Source: Candidatus Bathyarchaeota archaeon (GTDB lineage Archaea > Thermoproteota > Bathyarchaeia > Bathyarchaeales > Bathycorpusculaceae). From it: DNA of 64,000 nt. The position numbers were made by a program, and so were the translations under genes. Position 1 is the stretch's first letter. Every line of letters begins with the position of its first letter. Positions 52,257 through 63,011 of this stretch are shown piece after piece. The stretch is taken from contig CAVYXJ010000010.1 of the NCBI GenBank assembly GCA_963772455.1, positions 256,001 to 320,000 on the forward strand. Direction: 5' to 3'. Below the pieces are notes generated by a model. That model was not told where the DNA came from and made no database searches. It saw only the letters and a list, made by a program, of their open reading frames with translations.

Positions 52257-52651
52257 AATCAGTTCACACAAAGCTACCAAATGCAACCGTACTAAATAAG
52301 AATTCAAAATCTGTGGCTATATTTGTTTGGAAAAAGGAACGTATCATATTAAAAATGGCGGCGAATGGTAACTAATTTAGGGCGTAAGCTATGCCAAGAA
52401 GGGGTTGTAGAGATAGGTTGAACGCTATCAGCTTATCAACTTTTCGCTTAAACTACAACAGAAATGGAAAAGTTGAGTTAAAATCATCAAGGCAAAAGTA
52501 TACCAAACACAGGAGGGAAAAAAATTGGATGATCGCTTTTTATGCGTTTGATAGCATCTTTTTGCTGAACAACCAATAGGAGATTCCACGTTTTTTTAGT
52601 CACTAAGCATTTTAGGTGCCATGTGCCATATTTGGGCAAGGTTAACTGGGG

Positions 52652-55372
52652 ATGCCGCGTACTCTCTTAGATTATTGCATTAGCGAACAAACTAAACCAG
52701 TCGTTAGAGAGGCGGTTAAAACTCCTGTTTCAGTCGTGCCCATCCAACTTCAAGAAACTGTAACAGTTAAGCAAAAAAAGCGAGGACAACGTCAACCTTA
52801 TCCGCCAGTATGCCCAGAAAACCTTAAGCAATCATACTTTGTTTCTGCATCTTATGATGGACGCCAAAAGAAGGCTGTAATTAAACTCTACGAACCAGAA
52901 TCGGGTCAAATTTTTTTCTGGTATGACAATACGGGGCACAAGCCATATTGCTTAACCAACCTAAAACCCTTTGAACTAAACAAAATCGACAGGCTAACCC
53001 ATCATGAAGGCTTCGACAGCCTCGAAGTTACTGAAAGATACGACCCGCTTCTAAATCAGACTGTTAAAGTTACAAAAATAATCGCCAAAGATCCCTTAGC
53101 AATCGGCGGTAGACCTCAGGGTACCATCAGAGATATCATACCTGAAGATTACCCTCGTGTGTGCGATACCCACATTGAATCTTCGGACATTAAGATTTGG
53201 GAATCAAAAATCAAGTATTACCAATCGTACATTTACGATAAGCAGCTTCAGCCAGGAATGATTTACGAGGTAAAGGATGGTCACTTGCTTCCTAAAGTGC
53301 TCGAAGAAGCAACTGAGAACCTCAACAAAATCCGAAGCCTGTTCAAAGAATGCTCTGAGGAGGAACGTGAATATGCGGAAATGTGGGCTAGACTGCTTGA
53401 GTATCCCGCTCCGAAGTTCCGCAGGGCAGCCCTAGATATCGAAGTATATTCACCACTTTCGACAAGGATGCCTGACGCACGGGAAGGCGCCTGCCCAGTA
53501 ATAGCTTGTTCCATTTACAGTTCTGACGGCGAAAAACGGGTTCTTGTCCTCAAACGTGAAGGTATGCGGGAGGGCAACGTGCATTTAGCGCCGGATATCG
53601 AGGTTGAGTACTGCGAAACAGAAGAAGATCTTTTGCGCAAAGTCTTCGATGTAATCTGGGATTACCCGTTCATTTTAACTTTTAACGGTGACGACTTCGA
53701 CTTACGATACCTAGTTCACCGTGCTTACAATTTGGGGATCTCCAAAAAAGAAATTCCAATAGACATTGGCAAAAATACCTGCGGTCTCAGATATGGCATA
53801 CATATCGACCTTTACAAATTCTTCTTCAATCGTAGCATCCAAATTTATGCTTACGGGGGACGATACAAAGATGTCAGTCTCGGCGACGTTGGCAACGCAT
53901 TGTTGGGTGTAGAAAAAATCCATCTTGAAAAAGAATTTGGCAACCTAAACTACAGTGAACTCGCAGCTTACTGTCTTCGCGATTCAGAAATTACCTATAA
54001 ATTGACAAGTTTTGAAGACGACTCTGCGATGAAACTCATATTGGTTCTTGCTAGAATCAGTAGTATGCCCATGGAAGACGTGAGTCGACAAGGTGTTAGT
54101 CGTTGGATACGCAACTTCATGCACCGCGAACACCGCAAACGCGGTATTCTAATCCCAAACGGTGAAGACATCCTGACAAAGAAGGGCAAATCTACTTCGA
54201 CCGCTGTTATTAAAGGCAAAAAATACAAGGGAGCAATTGTCGTTGATCCCATTCCCGGCGTACATTTTAACGTGGCTGTAATGGACTTTCCTAGTCTATA
54301 TCCCTCAATCATTAAGGTGTGGAACCTTGGTTACCAATCAATCTGCTGCGAGCACCCGGGATGCAAGAGCCACACCATACCTGACACTCCGCATTGGTCT
54401 TGCCTAGAGAAACGTGCCCTCGAAAGCTTGCTCATCGGGTCGCTGCGGGATTTGCGTGTGCGTTGGTACAAGAGTCGAGCCAAAGATAAGACCCTTCAGC
54501 CTGAACTTCGCAGTTGGTACAACATAACTCAAGGCGCGCTTAAAGTCATTTTGAATGCTAGTTATGGCGTCTTTGGAGCTGATAGCTTTGATCTCTATTG
54601 TCCACCAGTTGCAGAAGCCACAGCAGCCATTGGACGTTATAGTATTACTCAAATCTTGAATCATTCAAAAACTGTCGGCATAACAGTTCTCTATGGGGAT
54701 ACTGATAGCTTATTTCTTAAGAACCCCACCAAAGAACAGATCGAAGATGTTGTACACTACACCGAGCATGAACTGGGAATGGGCATAGACGTTGACAAAA
54801 CTTACAGATATGCCGTTTTCAGCTCACGTAAAAAGAACTATCTCGGTGTACTTGAAGACGGCACAGTCGATGTTAAAGGCTTAACGGGCAAGAAAAAACA
54901 CATTCCAACGTTCATTAAAGGCGCCTTCAACATGATGAAAGACAGGCTTGCAAAAGTTAAAAACCCTGAAGATTTCGAAAAAGCAAGAAAAGACATTGCA
55001 AATATAGTTCGGGAGCGCTACAACATCCTCAAGCGACGGGAATGGGGAGATATGAGCGAACTTGCTTTTCACGTGGTTTTAGGTGATGAGGTTGCAAGTT
55101 ACACAAAAACGACACCGCAACATGTGAAAGCAGCAAAAATTCTGCAGGCAAGCGGCAAGGAACTGCGTGCAGGTGACCTGATTAGCTTTGTCAAAGTAAA
55201 TAGCAATAAAGATCATGTAAAACCAGTTGAATTGACTTCAAGAAATGAAGTGGACGTTGACAAATATATCGCTTATTTGCAATCGACTTTTGATCAGGTT
55301 CTTGATGCGCTGGGCTTGAGTTTTGATGAAATTATTGGGTTAACTCGGCTTGAAAGTTTCCTTGGCGCCTAA
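52652..55372 (+). CDS. polB1: Family B DNA polymerase, PolB1 type
   Basis: WYDNTGHKPY, DIEV, FNGDDFD, DFPSLYPS, KVILNASYG, YGDTDS; no intein. Confidence 0.93.
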   Translation: MPRTLLDYCISEQTKPVVREAVKTPVSVVPIQLQETVTVKQKKRGQRQPYPPVCPENLKQSYFVSASYDGRQKKAVIKLYEPESGQIFFWYDNTGHKPYCLTNLKPFELNKIDRLTHHEGFDSLEVTERYDPLLNQTVKVTKIIAKDPLAIGGRPQGTIRDIIPEDYPRVCDTHIESSDIKIWESKIKYYQSYIYDKQLQPGMIYEVKDGHLLPKVLEEATENLNKIRSLFKECSEEEREYAEMWARLLEYPAPKFRRAALDIEVYSPLSTRMPDAREGACPVIACSIYSSDGEKRVLVLKREGMREGNVHLAPDIEVEYCETEEDLLRKVFDVIWDYPFILTFNGDDFDLRYLVHRAYNLGISKKEIPIDIGKNTCGLRYGIHIDLYKFFFNRSIQIYAYGGRYKDVSLGDVGNALLGVEKIHLEKEFGNLNYSELAAYCLRDSEITYKLTSFEDDSAMKLILVLARISSMPMEDVSRQGVSRWIRNFMHREHRKRGILIPNGEDILTKKGKSTSTAVIKGKKYKGAIVVDPIPGVHFNVAVMDFPSLYPSIIKVWNLGYQSICCEHPGCKSHTIPDTPHWSCLEKRALESLLIGSLRDLRVRWYKSRAKDKTLQPELRSWYNITQGALKVILNASYGVFGADSFDLYCPPVAEATAAIGRYSITQILNHSKTVGITVLYGDTDSLFLKNPTKEQIEDVVHYTEHELGMGIDVDKTYRYAVFSSRKKNYLGVLEDGTVDVKGLTGKKKHIPTFIKGAFNMMKDRLAKVKNPEDFEKARKDIANIVRERYNILKRREWGDMSELAFHVVLGDEVASYTKTTPQHVKAAKILQASGKELRAGDLISFVKVNSNKDHVKPVELTSRNEVDVDKYIAYLQSTFDQVLDALGLSFDEIIGLTRLESFLGA

Positions 55373-55484
55373 ACCCGATAGAAGCCTCTTCTATCTTAGT
55401 CTTCTTTATTATTGCACATTTCATAATGCATTGAATTCAAAATATTATCTTAAGGATTAAATTTCACAAAACTAATTTTTAAAA

Positions 55485-56375
55485 TTAAAAAAGTCGGATG
55501 ATGACTCCTAGCAACGTAAAAAATGCAACTATGATAGCGATTATTTGCACAATACGCCGCTCGGTCATCGGTCGCTTGTAAGCTATTACCGTTACGAGGC
55601 TTTTTCTGCCGTCTGAGCAAAGTTTTTCGCCGTCGAAGGTGACTTTGGCTCTTTTGCGAGTGAAGAAGATGGCAAGCAAAATAATGGATGAATTGAAGAT
55701 GAAGGGTAACATAGAGATTAAGAGGCTGACTTTTAGGTCTGATATTACTGCAAAAGATGCAATGGTTATTCCTATTGCAAATGAACCTGCATTTCCCACG
55801 AAAATCTTTCCTCGAACGTTAAAAAAAGCTAAGATTAGCCAGAAGAATAGTGGTCCAACCATAAGGATGTAAGTGGGTGAGAACGACATTAACCCCAATA
55901 TAACTATGGCTGGACAAATGGTTTCGAGCCCGTTTAATCCTCCAAGCTGGTTAACAGTGTTTGTAATTATCATGACGATTAGTGGAACGATGAGGAAAAC
56001 GTAGTATGCGCCAAAATGAATTGTTCCCAAAAATGGAAGGGCGATTGAATCTCGAATAGCCTCGATCTGTAAACCTTCAAATGCATAATACATCAACGGT
56101 AACGCTGCAATAAGGGGCATGAACGCTTTGTATCGCCATTTCAAATCCATAAAATCATCTAAAAGACCCATAAAACCGCCGAACAAAATGCAAACCGCCA
56201 AAGTTAACGCGGCAGAAACACCATTTACTGAAGTGTCTAATTCTAAAGTGAAAACTCTGTTCAAGAAATAAATTGAGAAAAGATAAACGATAGTGGTTAG
56301 GACAAAAAGAACTCCTAAACCGTTGGGGATTAAAGGTCGACCAACTTTGTGTTGATCTGGGACCTTTGGAAACAC
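55485..56375 (-). CDS. UDP-GlcNAc:dolichyl-phosphate GlcNAc-1-phosphotransferase-like (MraY/GPT/AglH family)
   Basis: GLLDDF, NTVNQLGGLNGLE, IFVGNAG; downstream of aglB. Confidence 0.82.
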   Translation of the reverse strand: MFPKVPDQHKVGRPLIPNGLGVLFVLTTIVYLFSIYFLNRVFTLELDTSVNGVSAALTLAVCILFGGFMGLLDDFMDLKWRYKAFMPLIAALPLMYYAFEGLQIEAIRDSIALPFLGTIHFGAYYVFLIVPLIVMIITNTVNQLGGLNGLETICPAIVILGLMSFSPTYILMVGPLFFWLILAFFNVRGKIFVGNAGSFAIGITIASFAVISDLKVSLLISMLPFIFNSSIILLAIFFTRKRAKVTFDGEKLCSDGRKSLVTVIAYKRPMTERRIVQIIAIIVAFFTLLGVIIRLF

Positions 56376-56390
56376 TTCTATGCTTCCTTC

Positions 56391-58676
56391 TTAGGGCGGT
56401 GTGATGCCGTGGTCGGCGTTATATTTTGCCCAGTCAATTTCGTAGATTGCAATTATTGGTACTAAGCCGCCGTATTGTGTTGGGGCTGTTTGTTCTCCCG
56501 CAAAGTATGCGTATTTGAAATAGGTAGGCACTGTTGTTGTTTGGTCCGGTGAAACGTCGATTCCCAAACTGGTCATAGTGCTAGCATAATGTACTTCTGC
56601 GTAATTCAATAATTCAAACACGGTGCAGTTCAAGCCTTGATCATTCCATTGCCATCGACCAGTATTTGGGTCACTTGCGCCAAATTGGCTTTCATTAGTC
56701 CATGCTTTTGCAGGGTTCATGTAGCCTTGATCTATTAGTCTGGTTTGGGCTTGTCCTGAAATTCTTGCCATCCATACCCATTTGCCTTCGTCACCATATC
56801 CGGCTGGACTCACAATATACGATGATGAACCGCTTGTTGCTTGTTGTACTTGAAGCACTTCAAAGACGGCAATGTATTTGACGCGTGATTGACCGTAATT
56901 GTTTAGCATCGCCATTGATTGGTTTTCATTACCCATGAATATGAAACCTACGTTCTCTATTTGGGTGCTGTTTACTGTTGTGTTATCTGCAAAGCTAGTT
57001 ACGTTTCCAAGGTCCGCTAACCAGTTGCCGTAATCCCACCACATTACTACTGCGTCTGTTGATTGAACGTTGGTCTTCATCCAGTTTACTGCGTCAAGCC
57101 ATGCAGTTACTGGTGCGCTTAGACCTGCTCCACCCAATGGAAGGCTTGATCCACTGATGGCTGTTGGTACATAAGCTTGTGAGACTGATCTTGGCATTCC
57201 ACCGGTTTGAGGTGAAAACGCTAAGTTTGTTACTAGAATGAGGAATATTACAAAGACTGCGACTCCGCTGTATTCTTTGCTTACTCTTGCCATTCTACGT
57301 TTGGATTTTGCCAGAGTTTTTGGTGCTTCTTGAAGCAGAGTGAAGAATGGCTTTAGCAAACTGATGATACCTATTGCAGCAATTATAGCGAAGACTGGTG
57401 CGAAGAGAACCAGGAGACGAACCATTGAAGTTGCAAAGTATAATGAAGTTACAGCGAATAGCATTAGGAAGATGTTTCTGTTTGTTGGATTTCTAAGAAC
57501 GAAGTATAACCCTACAAGGAAGAATAGTATGGATATGCCTAATTCTATGTATAGATTTCCCCATGCTGAGATTCTCTGTTCTGCCACTGAATCGATAAGT
57601 GGTGAAGCTGCCCTAATGAATGGATCTAAAACTGTGATGAATTTTCCAGCTATTCCGCCAAGTAAGCCTGTTACTGCTGCTGTAATTATTCCGCCAATTA
57701 TTATGACTGTTGAGGCGATTGCTAAAGTGAGTTTGTTCTTTGCGGATATGTTGTTTCGGAGAATTTCTGCGAGAATGAGCACTAGAAATACTGCTACAAC
57801 CGGGACTATTGCGCCTGAGGTTAAGTAGCTTAATGAGATGTAGGGAACTTTTGTTCCAATAAATAATGCTAAACCAAAAACTATGCTGTAGTTGATGAGT
57901 AGTCTTGGAGTATATCTCTTTAGTAGAACTAAGACGAACACGAATAAGACCGCTAGATCAATTAAGTAATAAGCTGCTCCCCAGCCTGCGATGAAATATC
58001 CTAATGCTGCTGCAGCGCCTAAAGAGTATAATAATGATGAACGAAGTGACTTGTTGGCGTCAATTGACCTTAGGAACAAGAATATGAACAATACTAGCCC
58101 AAGTACGCCAGGTACCTCAGTATCGAAAAATCCTAAAGAACTTCTTTGTAAGAACGATGGTGCTAATGCAAGAAATAGTGCAGCAAATAAACCGACTGCT
58201 TTTCCGCCCATGTCTTTGCCGACAAAGTAGAGTACTAAGCATGAGACTACAGCTATTAAAGCTGGCATGATTGAGCAGAAAGTCATTAAATCAATTTTTG
58301 CACCGAATAATGAGACAACTTGGAAAAGTACTGCTGCTGTCATAGGTAAAGCAGGCAATGAAGTGGACATGTCTAATCCATCTGGATACCATTTTTGAGT
58401 GTTAATCCAGTGGGTTGGCCAATAAGGCGAGAGTAAACCATTTTGTACCATGTGTTGTGTGATACTGAATTGATAATAGGGGTCAAACTCATTTAGAAGA
58501 GCTGTGCCACCAGACAAGTTTTCCCAACGTAACGGTAAAATACGAATTGTGAATGCAACAAATAAAATCATTACTAACGCTGCAAAAGCAATGATTGTAC
58601 CGTGACTTACCTGAATTCTTAATCTGCTAAAAATTGATAAGCCGTTACCGAGTTTTTCCTTAATTCCTTCGCCCAC
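56391..58676 (-). CDS. aglB: Oligosaccharyltransferase AglB/STT3
   Basis: EFDPY, GFFDTE, SVAEQ, WWDYG, DNTT, DEGKWVWM. Confidence 0.95.
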   Translation of the reverse strand: MGEGIKEKLGNGLSIFSRLRIQVSHGTIIAFAALVMILFVAFTIRILPLRWENLSGGTALLNEFDPYYQFSITQHMVQNGLLSPYWPTHWINTQKWYPDGLDMSTSLPALPMTAAVLFQVVSLFGAKIDLMTFCSIMPALIAVVSCLVLYFVGKDMGGKAVGLFAALFLALAPSFLQRSSLGFFDTEVPGVLGLVLFIFLFLRSIDANKSLRSSLLYSLGAAAALGYFIAGWGAAYYLIDLAVLFVFVLVLLKRYTPRLLINYSIVFGLALFIGTKVPYISLSYLTSGAIVPVVAVFLVLILAEILRNNISAKNKLTLAIASTVIIIGGIITAAVTGLLGGIAGKFITVLDPFIRAASPLIDSVAEQRISAWGNLYIELGISILFFLVGLYFVLRNPTNRNIFLMLFAVTSLYFATSMVRLLVLFAPVFAIIAAIGIISLLKPFFTLLQEAPKTLAKSKRRMARVSKEYSGVAVFVIFLILVTNLAFSPQTGGMPRSVSQAYVPTAISGSSLPLGGAGLSAPVTAWLDAVNWMKTNVQSTDAVVMWWDYGNWLADLGNVTSFADNTTVNSTQIENVGFIFMGNENQSMAMLNNYGQSRVKYIAVFEVLQVQQATSGSSSYIVSPAGYGDEGKWVWMARISGQAQTRLIDQGYMNPAKAWTNESQFGASDPNTGRWQWNDQGLNCTVFELLNYAEVHYASTMTSLGIDVSPDQTTTVPTYFKYAYFAGEQTAPTQYGGLVPIIAIYEIDWAKYNADHGITPP

Positions 58677-58766
58677 CTTAAGTCATCTCTTCCAAACGTA
58701 TATTGCGATTGTACTATTTTACACATTGGTGATTTATTTATGGCTTTCCAAAACCAAATCGAATGA

Positions 58767-59459
58767 CTAAGAGGAATTGGTCACATGAATAATAATCCAA
58801 GGACTATACCTAACTACCCGTTGCAGACCAAAAAAGTTCTCAAATCTTGCAAGAACAGATACTAGTTTGCTCTCAGAAGTCCTTCCAAACGGAAGCCAGC
58901 TGTAGCCAATTTTCTTTTTAACTAAGAATCCAGTAATAAATAGACATTTTATAACTTCCTTGTATGAATGACGATAAGATTTTCCTTGCATCGCCTTCAA
59001 CTTTGCTTTAAGGCTTGATTTATTGCCAAAAGATAATACGCTGGAACCATTGGTTTTCAAAGTACGTTTACATTCACTTAGGGCTTGGTCCAGTTCAGGA
59101 ATGTAATCTAAGACTTCAATCATAAAAACAACATCAAAAACGCCGTTCCTTAATGGAAGCTGTCGAGCATCTGCCTGGATAACGGCAACTGATTTATTCT
59201 TTTGTCTGAGTCTCTTTAGAGCATAAGAATTGACATCAACGCTTATAACAGTGGCTTTATTGTTTGCCGCAAAAAGCGAGAAACGGCCAGCTTCAGCGCC
59301 AACGTCCAATACAGTGATGTTCGATTGGGATAGGTTTATGGATTTAGAAATAAAATCTGTTTCAACTTTAGTGAGATATTTACCCATTTTGGTCTTGGCA
59401 GCGAATTCCCAGTGGGTTTCTGCAGATAGGTCAAGTGAGTTACTCAAGGATGTAGTCAA
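58767..59459 (-). CDS. Class I SAM-dependent methyltransferase
   Basis: VLDVGAEAG, QADARQLP, FDVV; start moved to TTG 59459 because of the upstream small gene. Confidence 0.82.
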   Translation of the reverse strand: MTTSLSNSLDLSAETHWEFAAKTKMGKYLTKVETDFISKSINLSQSNITVLDVGAEAGRFSLFAANNKATVISVDVNSYALKRLRQKNKSVAVIQADARQLPLRNGVFDVVFMIEVLDYIPELDQALSECKRTLKTNGSSVLSFGNKSSLKAKLKAMQGKSYRHSYKEVIKCLFITGFLVKKKIGYSWLPFGRTSESKLVSVLARFENFFGLQRVVRYSPWIIIHVTNSS

Positions 59460-59626
59460 CGCTTGGCAATGGGCTTGACTTCCACTTCCATTGGCAGCAA
59501 GGATAGTTTTCGGTCGCATTTTGGGCATTTTCCTCCGTGTTGCGCAATGACTTCATCTGGCGGTTTAAGATCTTTGCCTTCATACAAAATATGTTTACAA
59601 CCATGGCAGATTACACGTTGCGGCAT
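59456..59626 (-). CDS. 56-aa zinc-ribbon protein (not in the ORF track)
   Basis: MPQRVICHGCKHILYEG...KCPKCDRKL; stop overlaps the next start. Confidence 0.8.
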   Translation of the reverse strand: MPQRVICHGCKHILYEGKDLKPPDEVIAQHGGKCPKCDRKLSLLPMEVEVKPIAKR

Positions 59627-59759
59627 TTAAATCCCCAGTAATTACATGGATGAGGCTTATTTATTGGTTGCTTAGAAATTATTTTTCGTTCAAATGATGT
59701 TTATTGTAAAGCTTTTAAAGTGATTTACATTGGAATGTTAAAGTGTGGTTTGACGGCGT

Positions 59760-61832
59760 TTGGATAAATATACTTTAATTATTACAGAAAAACCTGATGC
59801 TGCAAACAGAATAGCAATGGCTGTTGATGTTGTTGGAAAACCAAAAAAGATAGTTAGCAATGGGGTTCCATATTATCAAGCGTATCGTGAGGGTAATATA
59901 GTGGTGGTTCCTTCGCTGGGGCACCTGTATACTTTGGCAAGCAAACATGAAGGGCGTATCTACCCTGTTTTTGATTATCAGTGGGTTCCACGATACAAAG
60001 CTGAACGTGGAGCATCCAGAATTCGAGTTTGGTTAAAAGTAATTGCTCAATTAGCGAAAAATGCGGATGGATTTGTAGATGCATGCGACTTTGATATTGA
60101 AGGCAGCATAATAGGTTACAACATACTCAAATATGCTTGCGGCCACAAAGAAAAATCGGCTAAACGCATGAAATACTCAACCCTGACAAAAGAAGAACTC
60201 CAAGAATCATACGCTAACTTGTTGCCTTCTTTGGATTTTGCTCAAATTGAGGCTGGATTAACTCGCCATGAAATCGATTGGTTATACGGCATAAACTTAT
60301 CGAGGGCATTAACCCAAGCTGCCCATAGCTTCAGTGGACAATATGCTACTTTAAGTACTGGCAGAGTACAAGGGCCAACATTGAGGTTTTTAGAAATCCG
60401 TGAAAAAACCATTAACTGCTTTGTCCCTACACCTTATTGGAAAATAACTGCGAAAATAAGTATTAACGATGTTGTTTTTTTAGTCGAATATGAAAAAATC
60501 CTTGAAAGCAAAACATTAGCAACAGCTGTAAAGGACGCCTGCAAAACTAAAGAAGGTCAAATAGAAACAGTAAACGTAACAGAGTTTTCGCTGAATCCTC
60601 CTGAGCCTTTTGACCTTGGTTCATTGCAAAGAGAAGCTTATCGAATATTCAAGTACACCCCAATTCGTTCCTCAAGCATTGCCCAACGCTTGTATACAGA
60701 TGCGTTGATTTCTTATCCTCGAACAAGCAGTCAAAAACTTCCCCCTTCAATAGGCTATAAAACAATACTTAAAAAACTTGGAAAATCACCCGCGTATTCT
60801 AAACATATATCTGAACTACTATCTAAATCGACTTTGACGCCCAACGAAGGCAAAAAGTTAGATCCTGCTCACCCTGCTATTTACCCAACTGGAAATCTTC
60901 CTGAAAAGTCACTTGACGCGGCAGAAAGAAACATCTTTGATTTAGTCGTTAAGCGGTTTTTAGCTGTCTTTGGAGATCCAGCAATCAAGCAAAGCATCGT
61001 TGTGGTCATAAATATCAACGAAAATATGTTTCGTTTGAATGCAACCCGAACTTTGATAGGTGGATGGCTTCATTTCTACAAGCCATACATTGAATTGAAG
61101 GATGATTCTTTACCCCTTCTAACTAAGGGACAGACCGTAAGCGTTAAGCAGATAGTTTTAAGTGATTATTTTACTAAGCCCCCTGCTCGTTATAACCCCC
61201 GAAGTTTACTGCTGAAAATGGAAAAAGAAGAAATAGGGACAAAAGCAACGCGGGCAACAACAATCCAAACTCTCTACGATCGAAAGTACATGAACGGAAC
61301 AGGGAACTTCCATATTAGCGACCTTGGCTTTGAAATAATCGAAGTTCTCTCAGATTATTGTCCAACTATTGTATACCCAGAAATGACACGATTACTTGAA
61401 TCAAAAATGAACGACATTCAACAAGGTATTGAAACCAAACAAAACGTATTGCAAAACGCCCTTGAAGAACTAAAAAAAGTTACCAGAGAGCTTAAAGAAA
61501 AAGAAATAGAGATAGGACCAAAGCTAAGTCAACGGCTACAAAAAAGTAAACCCAAAGAAAAAACCGTTGGAGCCTGTCCAAAATGCAATGACGGTAAACT
61601 AGTGATTTTACGCTCAAAAAAAACAGGTAAACGTTTTATCGGCTGCACAAACTATTTTGAAAACAAATGCAACACGGCTTTTCCATTACCTCAAACTGGG
61701 ACAATTAAACCACTACGAAGTATATGTAAAAGCTGTGGTACACCGATAATCGCTGTATATTTAAGATCCAAGAGAATTTGGAGGTTGTGTCTTAATCCAA
61801 ATTGCCCCTCAAAAGGAGTCTCCAAAAAATGA
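59760..61832 (+). CDS. topA: DNA topoisomerase IA
   Basis: ITEKP, GHL, DFDIEG, STGRVQGP, ISYPRT, C-terminal Zn ribbons. Confidence 0.95.
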   Translation: MDKYTLIITEKPDAANRIAMAVDVVGKPKKIVSNGVPYYQAYREGNIVVVPSLGHLYTLASKHEGRIYPVFDYQWVPRYKAERGASRIRVWLKVIAQLAKNADGFVDACDFDIEGSIIGYNILKYACGHKEKSAKRMKYSTLTKEELQESYANLLPSLDFAQIEAGLTRHEIDWLYGINLSRALTQAAHSFSGQYATLSTGRVQGPTLRFLEIREKTINCFVPTPYWKITAKISINDVVFLVEYEKILESKTLATAVKDACKTKEGQIETVNVTEFSLNPPEPFDLGSLQREAYRIFKYTPIRSSSIAQRLYTDALISYPRTSSQKLPPSIGYKTILKKLGKSPAYSKHISELLSKSTLTPNEGKKLDPAHPAIYPTGNLPEKSLDAAERNIFDLVVKRFLAVFGDPAIKQSIVVVININENMFRLNATRTLIGGWLHFYKPYIELKDDSLPLLTKGQTVSVKQIVLSDYFTKPPARYNPRSLLLKMEKEEIGTKATRATTIQTLYDRKYMNGTGNFHISDLGFEIIEVLSDYCPTIVYPEMTRLLESKMNDIQQGIETKQNVLQNALEELKKVTRELKEKEIEIGPKLSQRLQKSKPKEKTVGACPKCNDGKLVILRSKKTGKRFIGCTNYFENKCNTAFPLPQTGTIKPLRSICKSCGTPIIAVYLRSKRIWRLCLNPNCPSKGVSKK

Positions 61833-62053
61833 ATTGTAAACTTTGTTGTCGTGAAGCTGTTGAAAACGGTTTTTGTAAATTGCATTTGAAGTCTTACAAA
61901 AACGTGCTTTTAAAATTTAGGGTTTGGGCAGCTGCTTCGAACGTTTCTTGGATGGAGTATTTAGTGGAGATTCAGAAAAATTCATTAACTGGAGTATGGG
62001 CTAAAGAAGTAGCAAAGTACCTAATTGAGGAAGAGGATACCAAAAATGACTAG
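61829..62053 (+). CDS. Small Cys/His-containing hypothetical protein
   Basis: CKLC...FCKLH; ATGA coupling to topA. Confidence 0.7.
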   Translation: MNCKLCCREAVENGFCKLHLKSYKNVLLKFRVWAAASNVSWMEYLVEIQKNSLTGVWAKEVAKYLIEEEDTKND

Positions 62054-62477
62054 TAAAATAAAGAAGAGTTCTTCTGATATGTCTTTTTCGCTAAGCCGAT
62101 GGTTCCGAAGAGTTTCAACTACCGCACCTTCTGCATTCATAGTAACATTAGTTGGAATGTCATATGCCCTATTCCTTTTTGGAGGCGGTCTATTTGCTTT
62201 AATTAATCAACCTATTACATCATTCTACAATAGCAACACTGGGCAATTCTTTTTCCTATACCCAGACATTAGCAATCAATTCGTATCAGATACTTTAATT
62301 TCAGTATCGCTCTATGCAATGGGCTTCATTGGTTTACTCGCAATTTACCAAAGTACCAAAAGTGCATATAAACCAAGACAAGCCTACATGATGCTAATCG
62401 TTGGAGTCGCCCTTCTGCTATTAGCATATGTGTTCTTGGAAGGTTCGATCTCATTCAAAATAAACGGCGGCAGATAA
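62046..62477 (+). CDS. OST3/OST6/DC2-like three-TM protein
   Basis: FLFGGGLFALINQP...NQFVSD...LYAMGFIGL resembles the eukaryotic OST accessory subunit pattern. Confidence 0.6.
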   Translation: MTSKIKKSSSDMSFSLSRWFRRVSTTAPSAFIVTLVGMSYALFLFGGGLFALINQPITSFYNSNTGQFFFLYPDISNQFVSDTLISVSLYAMGFIGLLAIYQSTKSAYKPRQAYMMLIVGVALLLLAYVFLEGSISFKINGGR

Positions 62478-62490
62478 TTTTTTAGCCGTT

Positions 62491-62994
62491 TTACCAAGGA
62501 TTTCTTTTTAACTTCATTTTATAAGCTAAGAAATTAGTGAATAAGTGAATTGGTGGAGTAATTAATAACACAGTCAATGCTACTTCCCAGCCAATCAGTG
62601 CTAAAGGAAGCGAGAAAACTACAGCCCCAACCACAAAGTCAATTTGGTCAACAACGGGTAAAAGTCCTCCTGGAGCAATGCTTAATCTACGTTTTATGAA
62701 AGCACCTGTTAAATCGCCTAAAAGTGCACCCAACGGAATAAGAAAGGCGAATATGATTGGGTAATTCTGAAACCCGAAAATGGCTCCTTCGGCTAACCCC
62801 ACACCAAAACCAACTCCCCAACCAAAAAAGAAACCTCGGAATGTTTTGTTATTCCCAAAAATTCGTTTGCCATCCATAAAATTCTTGCCAAAATCCATTT
62901 TGGTTCCACCTCCAGCAAGCACAGGCGTTCCGTTGGCGCAGTAAGCTGGGAAAATGAACTTCAAAGCTTCAACAATTATTAGAGCTATATCCAT
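62491..62994 (-). CDS. carS: CDP-archaeol synthase
   Basis: PAYCANG, DGKRIFGNNKTFRG, GDL.GAFIKRRL, DQIDF, K.K..PW. Confidence 0.93.
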   Translation of the reverse strand: MDIALIIVEALKFIFPAYCANGTPVLAGGGTKMDFGKNFMDGKRIFGNNKTFRGFFFGWGVGFGVGLAEGAIFGFQNYPIIFAFLIPLGALLGDLTGAFIKRRLSIAPGGLLPVVDQIDFVVGAVVFSLPLALIGWEVALTVLLITPPIHLFTNFLAYKMKLKRNPW

Positions 62995-63011
62995 TGGGTT
63001 TCAACCGTTGA

